Source of the DNA: Breznakia sp. PF5-3
Lineage (GTDB): Bacteria; Bacillota_I; Bacilli_A; Erysipelotrichales; Erysipelotrichaceae
DNA: 32,000 nt
NCBI RefSeq assembly: GCF_029504745.1
Contig: NZ_JAQFIQ010000001.1
Location: 90,001 to 122,000, forward strand
Reading direction: 5' to 3'
Shown here one piece after another: positions 30,764-32,000 of the stretch; within the stretch, counting starts at the first letter, position 1, and each line of letters begins with the position of its first letter. The notes under the pieces were generated by a model. That model did not search any database. It saw only the letters and a program-made list of their open reading frames with translations, and was not told the DNA's origin. A program made the translations under genes and the position numbers.

Positions 30764-32000
30764 GCAAATTCAAGTACACTGAAACAGAACAACAATTTAA
30801 TAATGCTTTGAATCATCAGTCAAAAGAATTAAGTTTAATTAAAAGACCTGATATGACATCAGTAGAAGTTTGCATTTCTGAGAGCGAAGAACTACTGAAG
30901 GAGTTAGGTATCTCTACAGAGAGTATGCCTGAAGTGGTTAACCCTACATTTCAAAGGGGGATGGTAGTTCCTACGTGGGAGGAATTGTGCATTCAAGCTG
31001 AACAGGAAGTTGGTTCAACAACAGATTTAGAATCCCTTTTTACAGATGAAGAATTGAGAATGAATCAAGTTGCTCTACGTGCTTTGAATATCGATTACAA
31101 TAATATTCATAAGCTTGATAAAATAGATATTACTATTTGTGCAACTGCAGGTATTTTGGGCGTTGTTGTTGATATTCTACTAATAGGAATTCCGAAAAAA
31201 ACACCAGAAGGTTTAAAAGGTGGGCCACTTTCCAATTATGTAAGAGACTGGTTTAATCAAAGATTTCCAGAAGTAGAAATGGAAAAACTCTCCAATTCAA
31301 AAGTAAGCAAAGTATCATTTGATGCTCAGGATAATCGCCATACTACAGAGTATGTTACCGGTTTATCTGCTTACTATCATAGATTGTTATCGCTTGGGCA
31401 TGACCCTATCCTTGGATTGATATTTGGAGTTTATGACATTTTGACTGATAAAATGACGACGATTGATAAAACTGGCAAAATGGTATCTCAGGTTATGGAA
31501 AACTATGCAGACCGAAAAGAAAGTGATATTTTTGCTGCAATTGCTAAGCAGATTATTCATTTCAAATCTGACATTACAACGTCTATGGGGCTACCGGCTC
31601 CTTTGATGGCATTATTTAACTTACTCCAGTTTGGTAGTATTGGAGAAGAAGAACAGATAATTGCTGAAATTGTGCAGGGAATGTATTACGAAGGTTATGA
31701 TTTCATTCATTTTTGTAGTATGTCAATTCCGACAATGATAATTGAAGTAATCATCAGATTAGGCTATGGCATTAAGAGGATTAAAGAAGGTAATTCTATA
31801 AAGGACTCGATTCCTTTTTCATTAAATCGAGAAAAACATCCAAAGCTGAGCACTATGTTATTCATTGGACATTCTGCGGCTACTGCTGTAAATGCTGGAA
31901 AGGTTTACTTCACCAAAAATCCTATGGCAATAAACTATCCTCAATGGATAACATTTGCTAAATATTTATACAAACAATTGAAATGGGTGTTGTTAGAGAA
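30760..32000 (+). CDS. Hypothetical large protein, 3'-truncated by the window edge; gene C of the terminal cassette
   Basis: It is absent from the ORF track because no stop occurs before base 32000. I translated it by hand. The ATG at 30760 overlaps the gene B stop (ATGA), and 413 codons are open to the edge (MSKFKYTETEQQFNNAL...KQLKWVLLE). One strong TM candidate lies at residues 123-145 (ITICATAGILGVVVDILLIGIP). Several shorter hydrophobic or amphipathic stretches follow. Confidence 0.8.
   Translation, partial: MSKFKYTETEQQFNNALNHQSKELSLIKRPDMTSVEVCISESEELLKELGISTESMPEVVNPTFQRGMVVPTWEELCIQAEQEVGSTTDLESLFTDEELRMNQVALRALNIDYNNIHKLDKIDITICATAGILGVVVDILLIGIPKKTPEGLKGGPLSNYVRDWFNQRFPEVEMEKLSNSKVSKVSFDAQDNRHTTEYVTGLSAYYHRLLSLGHDPILGLIFGVYDILTDKMTTIDKTGKMVSQVMENYADRKESDIFAAIAKQIIHFKSDITTSMGLPAPLMALFNLLQFGSIGEEEQIIAEIVQGMYYEGYDFIHFCSMSIPTMIIEVIIRLGYGIKRIKEGNSIKDSIPFSLNREKHPKLSTMLFIGHSAATAVNAGKVYFTKNPMAINYPQWITFAKYLYKQLKWVLLE

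Overview
This 32-kb window is a chromosomal segment from a low-GC Gram-positive bacterium (Bacillota). Gene content and order resemble Bacillus: polA-mutM-coaE-dnaB(DnaD-type)-dnaI, and pcrA-ligA-camS-gatCAB-...-rlmD. Bases 1-29212 are almost entirely recognisable housekeeping genes. These cover replication and repair, glycolysis (pfkA, pyk, pgi), rubrerythrin and Nfu, the Glu-tRNA(Gln) amidotransferase and an rRNA methyltransferase. Two accessory-looking units interrupt this stretch. One is a CadC-like repressor plus a Cd/Zn P-type ATPase, with a clear promoter and operator. The other is a tandem pair of divergent LCP (LytR-CpsA-Psr) genes on the minus strand. The character changes immediately after the rlmD stop, from 29213 to the window edge. 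Three same-strand ORFs follow that I cannot assign to any family. The first is an acidic soluble protein of about 257 aa. The second is a 183-aa protein with a 73-residue uncharged Gly/Ala-rich glycine-zipper core and a C-terminal coiled coil. The third is a >413-aa ORF that the ORF track misses because it runs off the window; it is coupled to the second gene by an ATGA overlap. This cassette is the best candidate for an undescribed system. My hypothesis is a membrane-acting module such as phage defence or toxin-immunity, but its function is inference only and the system is truncated by the window edge. I saw no rRNA, tRNA, CRISPR array, IS element or integrase. I could not run any homology search, and no GC values were computed.
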